This document shows, in pieces, positions 40,434 to 51,232 of a stretch of 64,000 bases of DNA. Location: contig OZ244034.1 of the NCBI GenBank assembly GCA_965215185.1, forward strand, positions 352,001 through 416,000. The letters run 5' to 3'. Numbering within the stretch: position 1 is the first letter of the stretch; each line of letters starts with the position of its first letter. The notes beneath the pieces are model-generated. The model had not been told where the DNA came from, ran no database searches, and was given only the letters and a program-made list of their open reading frames with translations. Source of the stretch: Acidimicrobiia bacterium (lineage in GTDB: Bacteria > Actinomycetota > Acidimicrobiia > Spongiisociales > ZC4RG35). The position numbers were made by a program, and so were the translations under genes.

Positions 40434-41243
40434 ATGACTGCTGCTCCTGACAACCAGCGTGGATCTCTATCCAAGGGATTGCGCATCCTGGCCTCTTTCG
40501 ACGAGAAGTCCCCTGCTCTGACCATCGCCGACATCTCGCGGCGCACCGAGATCAGCCGGGCCAGCGTCTACCGACTCACCGGCGTCCTGGAGGAATTGGG
40601 ATACATACAGAGGGATGAACGATTCTTCCGTCCCTCCAGTAAGGTGCTGAAACTGGGAGTGGCGGCCGTCGAATCCCGGGAGTTCGTTGAGCACATTCGA
40701 CCCTATCTGGATCAGATAAGCGCATTGCTTCCCCAGGCCACCGCCATCAACTATGGGGTGCTCGAAGGGACCGACATCATTTACCTAGCCCGTCGGCATC
40801 AAGACGACATCATCACCATCAACCTACGGGTGGGGAGTCGCCTTCCCGCTTATCTCAGTTCGCTGGGCAAAGCAATCCTTTCCGCCATGCCCCCCGCAGA
40901 TGTGGAGGAGGTGGTGGCGCAAATGAGTTTCGAGCGACGGACCTCCACCACCATCACCAGCGCAGATCGCTATCGGGCGGAGGTGGAGCAGGCTCGCGTG
41001 AAAGGGATCGCGGTTAATGACCAGGAACTAACCATGGGGCTGCGCTCGGTTGCCGCTCCGGTCTTCCATGGATCGGAAGTGATAGGGGCGGTAGGAGTGG
41101 CCACGCTGGTCATAAGAGCGGATCTTGAGACTTTGGAGAACGATTACGGCCCGGTTCTGCAGTCCTTCACGAAAAAGATCAGCGAGGAGATATCCGCCAT
41201 AAGGCTCGACAACCGGGTCCCAATCTACGCTAGCCATGAGTGA
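40434..41243 (+). CDS. IclR-family transcriptional regulator (PcaR/PobR-like)
   Basis: SLSKGLRIL HTH, VGSRLPAY..SLGKAIL, GLRSVAAPV. Confidence 0.93.
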   Translation: MTAAPDNQRGSLSKGLRILASFDEKSPALTIADISRRTEISRASVYRLTGVLEELGYIQRDERFFRPSSKVLKLGVAAVESREFVEHIRPYLDQISALLPQATAINYGVLEGTDIIYLARRHQDDIITINLRVGSRLPAYLSSLGKAILSAMPPADVEEVVAQMSFERRTSTTITSADRYRAEVEQARVKGIAVNDQELTMGLRSVAAPVFHGSEVIGAVGVATLVIRADLETLENDYGPVLQSFTKKISEEISAIRLDNRVPIYASHE

Positions 41244-41291
41244 GACAGGTCCGTATAGGTCGGGTGTTTCAGGCAAGGGGAGGTCTGGACG

Positions 41292-42155
41292 ATGAACTGG
41301 GACATCATCGGCCAGCAGCTTTGGAACGGCCTTCTCAACGGCTCCATTTACGTGATTTTCGCGGCCGGATTGAGCTTGGTGTTCGGAGTGATGCGGGTGA
41401 TCAACATGGCGCACGGGGAACTAACCATGCTCGGCGCCATGATCTTGTACACGGTGACCAAGCTGGTGGGTTTGGGGTACTTTGTCGGCGCGGGCGTGGT
41501 GGTGGTGATAATGGGCCTGGCCGGTTTCCTAGTCAACCGGGTGGCGGTCCGACCTTTCTTGGGTCAGTCGGAACTGGTGGTGATCCTCTCCACGGTCGCG
41601 CTCAGTTTCATGTTGTTGCATGGCAGTTTTGTGGTGTGGGGGTCGGAGCCGAAGGGTGTGGACGAGCCGTTCAATGAAATCCTCAAGGTGGGGGGCGTCT
41701 ACATCACTACCGCCGGTTTGCTTTTGGTGGGCGTGTGTTTCACTGCGGTGCTGGCTTTGTACCTGATACTCACCCACACCAAGCTCGGGAAAATGACCCG
41801 CGCCACCGGCCAGAACCTGCTTGGGGCTCGCCTGATCGGCATCAATACAACGGCAATCTACGATGCGACTTTGATCATTGCCTCCGGTTTGGCGGCGCTG
41901 GCCGGAGTGCTAATAGTCCTTGTGTCGACCGCGTCTCCCAACCTGGGCCAGCCCCTTCTTATCACCGGTTTCGCGGTTGTAATTGTGGCCGGAATGGGCA
42001 ATGTTGGGGGTGCGGTGGCGGTGGGACTGTTCCTGGGTGTCACCGAAGCATTATTCGGCCAGTTCATCTCCACTTACTATCGGCAGGGTTACCTGTACGT
42101 GGTGATGATCATTGTCCTGCTGCTGCGGCCGCAGGGTTTGTTCGGGAGAAGGTGA
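41292..42155 (+). CDS. Liv-type ABC permease (LivH-like)
   Basis: GLSLVFGVMRVINMAHG, LLRPQGLFG. Confidence 0.92.
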   Translation: MNWDIIGQQLWNGLLNGSIYVIFAAGLSLVFGVMRVINMAHGELTMLGAMILYTVTKLVGLGYFVGAGVVVVIMGLAGFLVNRVAVRPFLGQSELVVILSTVALSFMLLHGSFVVWGSEPKGVDEPFNEILKVGGVYITTAGLLLVGVCFTAVLALYLILTHTKLGKMTRATGQNLLGARLIGINTTAIYDATLIIASGLAALAGVLIVLVSTASPNLGQPLLITGFAVVIVAGMGNVGGAVAVGLFLGVTEALFGQFISTYYRQGYLYVVMIIVLLLRPQGLFGRR

Positions 42156-42156
42156 G

Positions 42157-43179
42157 ATGCGTTTGAGACTGGGTCCGGGGTTCTGGATCGGGATTCCGAC
42201 GCTGGTGATTGCGCTGTTGGTGCCGCTCACCCTCTTTACGAACCCCTACAACCGCGGGTTGCTGGTGTTGATTGTGATCTACGCCATAGCCGGTCTGAGC
42301 CTCGACTACATCATGGGGGAGATGGGGCAATTCTCGTTCGGACATGCCGCCTTCTGGGGTTTCGGTGCTTATGTTTCCGCCAAACTCGCCCTCGACCTGG
42401 GCATTTCACCATGGCTCGGTTTTGTGGCCGCCCCTTTGGCGGCCGGCTTGGTGGGTCTATTGATCGGCTATGTGGCTTTGCGCAGGACCCGCGGGTTGGA
42501 GTTGGCGATCGTCACCCTCGGGTTCGGGGTGCTGGCGTGGACGGTGGCTTTGCGGTGGAGGTCGGTTACCGGCGGCCCGTCAGGACTGCGCCAGATTCCT
42601 CCGCCCAGCCTCTTTGGTTGGGAGATACGTTCGGAATTGGCCTACTTCTATTTCGCCCTCTTGTTGCTTCTGGGGGTGATCTTCATCTTGGGGAGGTTGC
42701 GGAAGTCGCGTTTCGGAAGAGGAGTGCGCAGCATTCACGAAAATGAGGATCTTGCCAGATCCATCGGTGTTGCGGCCACCAAATACTACGTATTTGCCTT
42801 CGCATTTGCATGCGGGTTGGTGGGGTTTTCCGGAGCGTTGTACGCCCACCATTTCAGATTTGTCAACCCCAACCTTCTCGGTCTGCAGCCCATGTTCATC
42901 TTTTTGATAATTGTCTTGGTAGGCGGAACGGGGACCTTGTGGGGCCCGGTGTTCGGTGCGGCGATCTTTGTACTGGTGAGTGAGTGGTTGCGAGCTCTTC
43001 AGGAGTACCGGTTTTTGATTTTCGGGGTGGTCTTGCTGCTGGTGGTGCTATTCATGCCCAGCGGCGTGTACCCGGCGCTCCGGAACGCCCTGACGCGGCG
43101 TGGGGCGCGACACGGCCCTCAAGCTACCTCCGTATCTGCGGTTGAGGCCCCCGGGCCGGATGAGTCTGAGGTGAGATAG
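42157..43179 (+). CDS. Liv-type ABC permease (LivM-like)
   Basis: GQFSFGHAAFWGFGAY, TGGPSG, VGGTGTLWGP. Confidence 0.92.
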   Translation: MRLRLGPGFWIGIPTLVIALLVPLTLFTNPYNRGLLVLIVIYAIAGLSLDYIMGEMGQFSFGHAAFWGFGAYVSAKLALDLGISPWLGFVAAPLAAGLVGLLIGYVALRRTRGLELAIVTLGFGVLAWTVALRWRSVTGGPSGLRQIPPPSLFGWEIRSELAYFYFALLLLLGVIFILGRLRKSRFGRGVRSIHENEDLARSIGVAATKYYVFAFAFACGLVGFSGALYAHHFRFVNPNLLGLQPMFIFLIIVLVGGTGTLWGPVFGAAIFVLVSEWLRALQEYRFLIFGVVLLLVVLFMPSGVYPALRNALTRRGARHGPQATSVSAVEAPGPDESEVR

Positions 43180-43946
43180 TGCCGATACTGCAAACCACGG
43201 GGCTCACCAAGCTGTTCGGTGGCCTGTCGGCGGTCGACGATTTGGATCTTCGTGTGGAGGAGGGCGAGATCATGGGTTTGATCGGTCCCAACGGCTCCGG
43301 GAAAACCACCGCTCTGAACCTGATAACCGGTTTCATCAAACCCACCCGCGGCGGGGTGACTTATCAGGGAAACGACATAACCGGCGCTCAGCCTCAAGAT
43401 CTCGCCCGCGTGGGATTGGTTCGTACTTTCCAGATAACCACGCTCTTTGAGAATCTCAGGGTTCGGGACAACGTGCTCCACGGCAGCCATCTTGCCAACC
43501 CGACATCCTTGGTGGGAGCTTTGACCCGTTCCCGCAAGTACCGGGAGCAGCAGGCCACCATGGAAGAACGAGTATGGGAATTGCTCGAATTCGTGGGTCT
43601 TCAGGGCCGCATCGACGCGATGGCCCGTGACCTCTCGGCGGGTGAGCACCGCTACCTGGAGATTGCTATCGCCCTGGCGGCCAACCCCAAGATGCTGCTG
43701 CTCGACGAACCGGCGACCGGACTGAACCCGGAAGAGGCCGGCTTTTTGATGAGTCTGATCAGGACGTTGAGAGATCGGGGGGTGACGGTGCTGCTCATCG
43801 AGCACAATATGCGACTGATCATCAACATTTGCACCCGGATCACGGTGCTGAATTTCGGCGCCAAGATCGCCGAAGGCTCGCCTGAGGAGATCGTGGGCGA
43901 TGAAGCCGTTGTGGCGGCCTATTTGGGGAAGAGGCGCGGTGCTTGA
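43179..43946 (+). CDS. Liv-type ABC ATP-binding protein (LivG-like)
   Basis: FGGLSAV, GPNGSGKT, RTFQ, LLDEPATGL. Confidence 0.93.
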   Translation: MPILQTTGLTKLFGGLSAVDDLDLRVEEGEIMGLIGPNGSGKTTALNLITGFIKPTRGGVTYQGNDITGAQPQDLARVGLVRTFQITTLFENLRVRDNVLHGSHLANPTSLVGALTRSRKYREQQATMEERVWELLEFVGLQGRIDAMARDLSAGEHRYLEIAIALAANPKMLLLDEPATGLNPEEAGFLMSLIRTLRDRGVTVLLIEHNMRLIINICTRITVLNFGAKIAEGSPEEIVGDEAVVAAYLGKRRGA

Positions 43947-44643
43947 GGTCAATTCCCTCAATGTGGCCTACGGGCGGGTACAGGTGCTATTCGATGTCTC
44001 GATCAGCGTCGGAGAAGGCGAATTGGTGACCGTGATCGGGGCCAACGGAGCCGGCAAAACCACCCTGCTTCTGACCATCTCTGGGGTGCTCAAGCCCATG
44101 GACGGAAGTATCTCATTTGCTGGTGAGGGAATCGACGACCGCCAACCGCATGAGATTTTTAGTATGGGGCTGGGTCATGTCCCACAGGGCAAAGAACTCT
44201 TCCCGGCCATGACCGTCCTGGATAACTTAGAGATGGGCGCCCACTTGGTGAAGGATCGGGTCGAGTACCAGGAGCGACTGGCTCGGGCTTTCGAGTTCTT
44301 TCCTCGTCTCTCCGAACGGGCCCGCCAGCGGGCCGGCACCCTGAGCGGTGGGGAGCAGCAGATGCTGGCCATCGCCCGGGCGCTGATGGGCAAGCCCGAT
44401 TTGCTGCTCTTGGACGAGCCTTCGGCGGGACTGGCGCCGATCATCGTTGATCACCTGGCCGAGATCATCCTTGACTTGAACGAACAAGGCCTGACGGTGC
44501 TCCTGGTTGAGCAGAACGCGTACTTGGCGCTGGAGATCGCCAAGAAGGCCTACGTCATGGAGTCGGGCCTGGTTGTGGAAAGCGGTGACACAGCAGCGGT
44601 GCTCGAAAGTGACCTGGTGCGGCGCGCCTACATGGGGATCTGA
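43939..44643 (+). CDS. Liv-type ABC ATP-binding protein (LivF-like)
   Basis: GANGAGKTT, LSGGEQQMLAIARAL, LLVEQN. Confidence 0.93.
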   Translation: MLEVNSLNVAYGRVQVLFDVSISVGEGELVTVIGANGAGKTTLLLTISGVLKPMDGSISFAGEGIDDRQPHEIFSMGLGHVPQGKELFPAMTVLDNLEMGAHLVKDRVEYQERLARAFEFFPRLSERARQRAGTLSGGEQQMLAIARALMGKPDLLLLDEPSAGLAPIIVDHLAEIILDLNEQGLTVLLVEQNAYLALEIAKKAYVMESGLVVESGDTAAVLESDLVRRAYMGI

Positions 44644-44645
44644 CA

Positions 44646-46703
44646 ATGGGTCTGCGAATCGGGGTTGACATCGGGGGGACCTTTACCGATTGGGTGATGG
44701 TCGATCAACAGGGAAGAGTGGAGGTTATCAAAACACCTACCACCCCGGATGGGTTCAGTGGGGTGTTCAATGCCATGGACGAGGCCGAGGTGAATGGCCA
44801 AAAGTTCAATTTCTTTGCTCACGGAACCACGCTGGGTACCAACGCGCTTATCCAAAGGCGACTCCCCCGGGTGGCCATGGTCACCACCAGGGGAGTCACC
44901 GCCGTGTTGACCCAGGCTGCCCGGGGCTCCAAGGAGGACATTTGGGACATTTATGACGAATCTCCCCGACCTTCGATCGTTAAGCCCCGCGATCGTCTGG
45001 AGGTCACCGAGAGGACGCTTAGTTCCGGGGAGATCCGCATTCTGTTGGACGAGAAAGAAGCAAGGAAAGTGGCGCGGGTCCTGCGTGGTCGGGGTATCCG
45101 GACCATCGCGATCTGCTTTCTCCACTCCTACACCAACGGTCGGAACGAGCAGAGAATGAAAGAGATCATCCTGGAGGAGTACCCGGAGGCGCTGGTTCGT
45201 ACCTCCAATGAAACCATTCCCCGGATTCTCGAATACGAGCGTTTCACCACCACCATCCTCAATGTGGCGCTCATCCCGGTGATGATCGATTACCTGCAAG
45301 CCCTGGAACAGGGCCTTAGAGCCCGGCATTATGAGGGTGATGTGCTGATTGTGCAGTCGGCAGGTGGGCTGATGGGAGTCGAGGCCACTGCCAACATCCC
45401 GGTGAGGACTGCCAACTCCGGCCCCTCGGCGGGGGCGATCGCCGCCCGGGAAATAGGCTCACTGGCCGGCTTCGACAATGTCATCGGACTTGATATCGGG
45501 GGCACCAGCACTGATGTCTCGGTAACTCTGGACGGCCAGGTTCGGACCACCGGAGCCTGGGAGGTGGAGTGGGGTCATCCGATCATGTTCCCCGCAGTGG
45601 ACATAATCACGGTGGGGGCCGGGGGAGGGTCGGTGGCGTGGTTCGATCCGGGCGGCAAGCTTCGATCCGGACCTCACAGCATGGGAGCGGTTCCCGGTCC
45701 TGCATGCTATAGCAAAGGAGGAGATCACCCCACCAACACCGATGCCCATGTGGTGCTGGGAAACCTGAGACCGGGCGCCATGTTGGGCGGAGCGATGGAG
45801 ATCTCAGCCGCCTTGGCGGGGAAGGTAATCAATGACAAGATCGGTCAGAGGCTCGGCGCTGACGCAGTATCCGCCGCGGCGGCGGTGATAGCTGTGGCCG
45901 AAGCGAACATGGCCAACGCCATCAGGCTGGCGACCATGAGGCGGGGCCTCGACCCTCGTGACTTCGCCATGGTGGCATTCGGTGGGGCCGGCCCCTTTCA
46001 CGGAGCCAGGGTGGCGGCCGAGTTGCGGATTCCGACGGTGGTGGTGCCTCCCAGTCCGGGACTCACTTCGGCCCTGGGGTGTCTGATGGCCGACATTCGT
46101 CACGACCTGGGGGCCAGCATGTTCTATGGGGATGCGGCTGCGGTCGACCTCGAGGAGATGAATGCCCGGTTTGATGAATTCGATGCCTATGTGAGGGCTG
46201 CCCTGGACCGCGAGGGCATTCCCCACGATCGCCAGTTCGTGGAGCGGACCATCGACATGTGCTACGCAGGGCAGTGGAGGGTTTTCGCAATACCGGTCAC
46301 CGGCATGATGACCACCGAACGCCTTTCTGAGAGCGTGGAACTCTTCAAGAAGCTGTACCTGCAGAGGTTCTCCTTCGATCTGGGTGCGCGGGAGGTGGAG
46401 ATCCATGGGATCAATGTGACTGGAACGGGAATCTCCGATAAGTACCGTCCTCGGCGGGGGAGAGCCATGCCCACTGCCAGTCCTGTCTCCGACTCCCGTC
46501 CGGTGTACTGGAGAGAGGCAGGAGGGTGGGTGGATACACCGGTATGGTCTCGATCTTCTCTACCGGCGGGTTTCCGGACAGTGGGTCCGGCAGTCGTGGA
46601 GCAAATGGATTCCACCACCCTGGCGCCACCCGGTGTGAGTCTCTACGTAGACGAGTATCTCAATCTGGTCTTGGACATCACCGGGAGTGGGGGGACCTTG
46701 TGA
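44646..46703 (+). CDS. Hydantoinase A/oxoprolinase subunit
   Basis: IGVDIGGTFTD, HGTT, SGPSAG, DIGGTSTD, GAGGGS. Confidence 0.92.
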   Translation: MGLRIGVDIGGTFTDWVMVDQQGRVEVIKTPTTPDGFSGVFNAMDEAEVNGQKFNFFAHGTTLGTNALIQRRLPRVAMVTTRGVTAVLTQAARGSKEDIWDIYDESPRPSIVKPRDRLEVTERTLSSGEIRILLDEKEARKVARVLRGRGIRTIAICFLHSYTNGRNEQRMKEIILEEYPEALVRTSNETIPRILEYERFTTTILNVALIPVMIDYLQALEQGLRARHYEGDVLIVQSAGGLMGVEATANIPVRTANSGPSAGAIAAREIGSLAGFDNVIGLDIGGTSTDVSVTLDGQVRTTGAWEVEWGHPIMFPAVDIITVGAGGGSVAWFDPGGKLRSGPHSMGAVPGPACYSKGGDHPTNTDAHVVLGNLRPGAMLGGAMEISAALAGKVINDKIGQRLGADAVSAAAAVIAVAEANMANAIRLATMRRGLDPRDFAMVAFGGAGPFHGARVAAELRIPTVVVPPSPGLTSALGCLMADIRHDLGASMFYGDAAAVDLEEMNARFDEFDAYVRAALDREGIPHDRQFVERTIDMCYAGQWRVFAIPVTGMMTTERLSESVELFKKLYLQRFSFDLGAREVEIHGINVTGTGISDKYRPRRGRAMPTASPVSDSRPVYWREAGGWVDTPVWSRSSLPAGFRTVGPAVVEQMDSTTLAPPGVSLYVDEYLNLVLDITGSGGTL

Positions 46704-48547
46704 ACCCGCAAGCGCCGAATCCGAACATCGTGCCGGGTGTGGACCCGGTGACCTTTTCCATACTCTCCAGCGCATTCGTAAGTCTGGTGGACGAGATGGT
46801 GGGCGCGTTGCAGGATGCCTGCCTGTCATTCGTGATCTATGTGGGGGATGTCAGCGGGGGACTGCTCAATGCCAGGGGCGAGCTGGTCGCCCAAGGGACA
46901 CGCGATGTGGCGGTTCACGTGGGGGCGCTGCAACCGAGCACCAAGGCGGTGATCGAGGACTTCATCGAGGTGGAGGGCGGTATCGAAGAGGGTGACGTGT
47001 ACGCCTTCAACGAGCCTTATCGGGGTGGAACCCATCTTCCGGATATGACCTTTATCAGTCCGATCTTCTGGCAGGACGAACTGATCGCGTTCACGGCCAC
47101 CAAGGGCCACTGGTCGGATGTTGGCGGCGCCACGCCCGGCTCCATGAATGCCCTGGCTGCGGATATTTATGCTGAAGGCCTGGTCGTCCCACCACTCAAA
47201 GTGGTCTCCCGGGGTGTTATTCGCCACGATGTCCGCAACCTGATAATGGCCAACATCCGCATACCCATCAACGCCACCGGTGACCTCATTGCCCACATAG
47301 AAGCCGCCCGGGTGGGGGAGAGGCGCCTGCATGGTCTCGTAGAGAAATACGGGATCGACACCGTCCTGGCGTCCATGGAAGGAACCCTCGATCATTCCGA
47401 GCGGGAACTGGCCGCCGAGATCCTCCAATGCCCGGAAGGGACCTGGGAGACCGAGGACTTCATCGACTACGATCCTCAGGCACCCGAGGATGGCCCGGTC
47501 CGCGTCTCATTGAAGATGACCATCGAACACGACCCGCCGCGGGTCATCTATGACATGAGAGGGTCGGGGCCGCCGGTTCAATCCGGTATGAACGGCACGC
47601 GCGGTTCCACCTTCGGCGCCTTGGTGGCCGGGACCCACTACATCTTTCCCAAGCCTCTCATGAATGCCGGATGGCTTCGCATCATCAAAGCGATCTTTCC
47701 CGAGACAAGCGTGGTTAACGCGGTCCGGCCCTACGCGGTCTGCGGGGAGGTGTCGGGGGCCTACGAGAAGACCACTGCTTGCATCCAACGGGTGTGGGCC
47801 GAAGTCTTGCCCCGAAAGTCCTTTGCCGGCAACTTCAACCTCGAGTACGTGGTGGCAGGGGGCATAGACGATCGGCCCGGTCGAAACAACAACTACTTCG
47901 TCTACTACCACTGGCACACCGGTGGCTGGGGAGGAAAGTACGGCGCAGACGGAAGAGACTGCGGAGCGGCGATCTTCGGGCTGGGCATCCTGAACCAGTC
48001 GAGCGAGGTCATTGAGAGGATGTGGCCGGTCACCTTCGAACGCCTGGCGCCGGTCACCGACTCCATGGGGGCGGGGAAGTGGAGAGGAGGGGCCGGGCTG
48101 GAGTCAGTGCTTAGAGTCGAGAACGCCGGTGGAGTCCGCCTTTCGTACATAGCCGACCGGGGGGAAGATGGGCCCGGCGGTCCCCGGGGCCTCTTCGGAG
48201 GCAGAGACGGCATCCCGATCCGGGTGGTAAAGAACATCAACACGGATGAAGAGGAGAACCTCCCGATCTATTTTGCCGACGAATTCGTCGGGCAGCACGG
48301 AAACTTCTATCACGTCTCCTCGGGAGGCGGAGGATACGGTGATCCCCTCCAACGGGATCCGGAGGCAGTCTTGGAAGACGTAATGGACAGATATGTTTCG
48401 CTCGAGTCCGCCCGTGCCGACTATGGGGTGGTTATCGAGGTTCGAGACGCCGACCTTCTCGACTACCGAATCGATATCGAAGCCACAAGAACTTTGCGGG
48501 CCAAGCGGCGCCGCGCCCGATCAGACACAGGAGAGAAAAAGCCATGA
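46700..48547 (+). CDS. Hydantoinase B/oxoprolinase subunit
   Basis: VDPVTF, GGTHLPD, HWSDVGG, GGGGYGDP; GTG start overlaps the upstream stop. Confidence 0.9.
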   Translation: MNPQAPNPNIVPGVDPVTFSILSSAFVSLVDEMVGALQDACLSFVIYVGDVSGGLLNARGELVAQGTRDVAVHVGALQPSTKAVIEDFIEVEGGIEEGDVYAFNEPYRGGTHLPDMTFISPIFWQDELIAFTATKGHWSDVGGATPGSMNALAADIYAEGLVVPPLKVVSRGVIRHDVRNLIMANIRIPINATGDLIAHIEAARVGERRLHGLVEKYGIDTVLASMEGTLDHSERELAAEILQCPEGTWETEDFIDYDPQAPEDGPVRVSLKMTIEHDPPRVIYDMRGSGPPVQSGMNGTRGSTFGALVAGTHYIFPKPLMNAGWLRIIKAIFPETSVVNAVRPYAVCGEVSGAYEKTTACIQRVWAEVLPRKSFAGNFNLEYVVAGGIDDRPGRNNNYFVYYHWHTGGWGGKYGADGRDCGAAIFGLGILNQSSEVIERMWPVTFERLAPVTDSMGAGKWRGGAGLESVLRVENAGGVRLSYIADRGEDGPGGPRGLFGGRDGIPIRVVKNINTDEEENLPIYFADEFVGQHGNFYHVSSGGGGYGDPLQRDPEAVLEDVMDRYVSLESARADYGVVIEVRDADLLDYRIDIEATRTLRAKRRRARSDTGEKKP

Positions 48548-49899
48548 ACGACATCCGAGCCCAATTTGTGGAGCGCTACCGGCAGCGCACCCCCCGATCC
48601 CGCCGACTATACGAGCAGGCAAAAGAACATCTCCCGGGTGGAGTTCCCGGTAACGCCGGATACCGGCCGCCCCACCCGCTGTATGTGGACCGCGCCAGCG
48701 GACCCTTTCTCTGGGATATCGACGGTAACCGGTACATCGACTCTCTGATCGGCGGCGGCCCTCATATCCTGGGCCATTCTCCACCGGCGGTGATGAATGC
48801 GGTGGCGGAACAACTCTCGGCGGGTACCAGCACCATCGCCCCCCCGCCCACCGCCGTGGCTTTGGCCAGGCGGATCAAAAAGCACATGCCACACATGGAG
48901 ATGGTGCGTTTCGTGCATACCGGCTCGGAGGCGGTCCACATGTCAATGCGGGTGGCCCGCGCTTTCACCGGGAGACCGAAGATCGGAAAATTCGAGGGCA
49001 ACTTCCACGGCGGCTACGACAACCTGCTCGTCAGCGGAACGTCGTTCGGTGGACCCGAGGAGCGGCCGCTGTCTGTCCCGGAGGGGGCAGGAATCCCTCA
49101 GAGTGTTCTTGACGATACGGTGGTGTTGCCGTTCAACAACACCGACGCTACGGTGGCTCTCATCGAGCGGCACGCCAGTGAACTGGCCGCGGTGATGGTC
49201 GAGGCGGTGGGCGGAACCTGGCTGGGAGGTATTGTGGCCGAACAGGGGTTTTTGGAGGCGCTTCGGGAGGTAACCGCCCGCCACGGGATCCTGCTGATCT
49301 TCGATGAGGTGATCACCGGCTTCCGAGTGGCCCTGGGCGGAAGCGCCGCCGTCACCGGAATTACTCCCGATCTGACCGCCTTGGCCAAGACAATCGGAGG
49401 AGGGTTCCCGATGGGAGCGTTCGGTGGTCGACGCGATGTTATGGACCAGGTGGTCACTCCCAAACGGGATGCAAGCGATGACCGCGTCACCATTTTCCAG
49501 TCGGGGACTTTTCAGAGCAATCTGGTGTCCTTGACGGCAGGGCTGGCAATGCTCTCGGAACTGGAGAAACCGGGCGTTTATGAAAAGCTGAACGATCATG
49601 GTGATCAAGTGCGCCAGGGGATGGAAAAGATCGGCGCCAATTTGGGCCTCCCCATCCAGGCCATCGGGCAGGGATCCATCTTTGGGGTTTATTTTGCCGA
49701 GGAACCGGTCCGCAATATCCGGGATGTGGTGCGAAGCGACCGAGAACTGGCCGGGATCTTTTATCTGGGACTATTGGCCCATGGAGTGTTTATCACCCCC
49801 TATCACCTGGGATTCACCAACGCCGCGCAGACTCAGTCGGAGATTGATGGGATACTCGACATCTGTCAAGCCGTGCTGGAAACCATCATGGAGGGCTGA
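48544..49899 (+). CDS. Class III aminotransferase (GSA-aminomutase-like)
   Basis: DIDGNRYID, GSEA, FEGNFHG, LIFDEVITGFR, AKTIGGGFP. Confidence 0.9.
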   Translation: MNDIRAQFVERYRQRTPRSRRLYEQAKEHLPGGVPGNAGYRPPHPLYVDRASGPFLWDIDGNRYIDSLIGGGPHILGHSPPAVMNAVAEQLSAGTSTIAPPPTAVALARRIKKHMPHMEMVRFVHTGSEAVHMSMRVARAFTGRPKIGKFEGNFHGGYDNLLVSGTSFGGPEERPLSVPEGAGIPQSVLDDTVVLPFNNTDATVALIERHASELAAVMVEAVGGTWLGGIVAEQGFLEALREVTARHGILLIFDEVITGFRVALGGSAAVTGITPDLTALAKTIGGGFPMGAFGGRRDVMDQVVTPKRDASDDRVTIFQSGTFQSNLVSLTAGLAMLSELEKPGVYEKLNDHGDQVRQGMEKIGANLGLPIQAIGQGSIFGVYFAEEPVRNIRDVVRSDRELAGIFYLGLLAHGVFITPYHLGFTNAAQTQSEIDGILDICQAVLETIMEG

Positions 49900-49941
49900 T
49901 TGTTTGACTGGCGCGCAGTTGGGTAGGAGACCGGAGTCGGT

Positions 49942-51156
49942 ATGACGGGAATGCTCTCGGGAGTGACGGTCCTGGAACTGGGCCAAGTGATCGCTGGCAC
50001 CTATGGCGGCATGATCCTGGCCGATCTGGGCGCCGAGGTGATCAAGATCGAACCTCCCTGGGGCGACGCGGCCCGGAACCCGACGATTACTCCGGTGGGA
50101 GGGGAGAGCGCCATTCATTTGCAGATGAATCGAGGGAAAAAGAGCATGGTGCTCGACCTGAAGAGCGACGCGGGGCGGGAGATCTTCTATGGTCTGGTCG
50201 CCAAATCGGATGTGGTGATCGACAACTTCCGTCCCGGGGTTATGGCACGCCTGCGGATTGGCCACGAAAGTCTTCGTCGACACAACCCGCGGCTCATCAC
50301 GGTTTCCATCACTGGGTTCGGCGCCACCGGACCTGCCCGAGACCGGCCGGCTTTCGATCTGGTGGTGCAGGCTTACAGTGGTCTTCTCAGCATGACCGGA
50401 CCGGCCGACGGACCGCCCGCTCGAGTGGGGATTCCCATCGCTGACATCTCCGGTGGAATTTTTGCCTGTCTGGCGGTGCTGGGAGCTCTGGTAGGTCTGC
50501 AGCTGCATGGAGAGCCCAAACACGTTGATGTCTCGATGCTCGACGCGCTGGTCTCCATGTTGTCTTATGACGCCTTCGATCATTTGAACACCGGTGCCCG
50601 AATCGAGCGGCGGGGAACCGCCCACGCTCACATCGTCCCGTGGCAGGCCTTGGCGGTCAAGGATGGCTACGTGGTGGTGGCCGTCCGCGGTGAGAAGTTC
50701 TGGGGAAACCTCTGTGACGCGATCGGTCGTCCCGACCTCAAGGAAGACCCGCGCACCAGGGACAACGCCGCTCGTTTGGAGAATCGTTCCTACGTGGAGA
50801 AGATCCTGTCCGAAGCATTTGCTAAGCGGACCAAGGACGAGTGGACCGCAATGATGGAGGAGTACGATCTTCCTGTCGCCCCGGTCAACGACATAGCGGA
50901 GGTATTCACCGACCCGCAGGTCCGGGCCAGGGGGATGGTGCAGCAGTACGGGCATCCTTTTTTGGGGGATCTCTCATACCCGCCCAGCCCCATGAAGATA
51001 AGTGAGTGGAGCTATCCCAACCAGCCCGCTCCCATCCTGGGTCAGCACACCGCCGAGGTGCTCCTGGAAAAGTTGGCCTACTCGACCGAGGCAATTGAGG
51101 AGTTGGTGGCTCGCCGAATCGTGCAGACCGGACCAAGTCAAGGCGAGGGGTTATAG
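49942..51156 (+). CDS. CoA transferase family III (CaiB/BaiF)
   Basis: LADLGAEVIKIE, NRGKKS, NFRPG, PIADISGG. Confidence 0.93.
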   Translation: MTGMLSGVTVLELGQVIAGTYGGMILADLGAEVIKIEPPWGDAARNPTITPVGGESAIHLQMNRGKKSMVLDLKSDAGREIFYGLVAKSDVVIDNFRPGVMARLRIGHESLRRHNPRLITVSITGFGATGPARDRPAFDLVVQAYSGLLSMTGPADGPPARVGIPIADISGGIFACLAVLGALVGLQLHGEPKHVDVSMLDALVSMLSYDAFDHLNTGARIERRGTAHAHIVPWQALAVKDGYVVVAVRGEKFWGNLCDAIGRPDLKEDPRTRDNAARLENRSYVEKILSEAFAKRTKDEWTAMMEEYDLPVAPVNDIAEVFTDPQVRARGMVQQYGHPFLGDLSYPPSPMKISEWSYPNQPAPILGQHTAEVLLEKLAYSTEAIEELVARRIVQTGPSQGEGL

Positions 51157-51171
51157 GAGTTATGGACACTG

Positions 51172-51188
51172 TGTCTGATATACGGACA
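51172..51188. promoter_or_regulatory. Second IclR-type operator-like box, internal to the operon
   Basis: TGTCTGATATACGGACA; its reverse complement matches 38135-38149 at 14/15. Confidence 0.55.
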
Positions 51189-51232
51189 CTTCCCGAGGGA
51201 TTAACGATCGGCTCGGCAAGGCGTAGGGTGGA

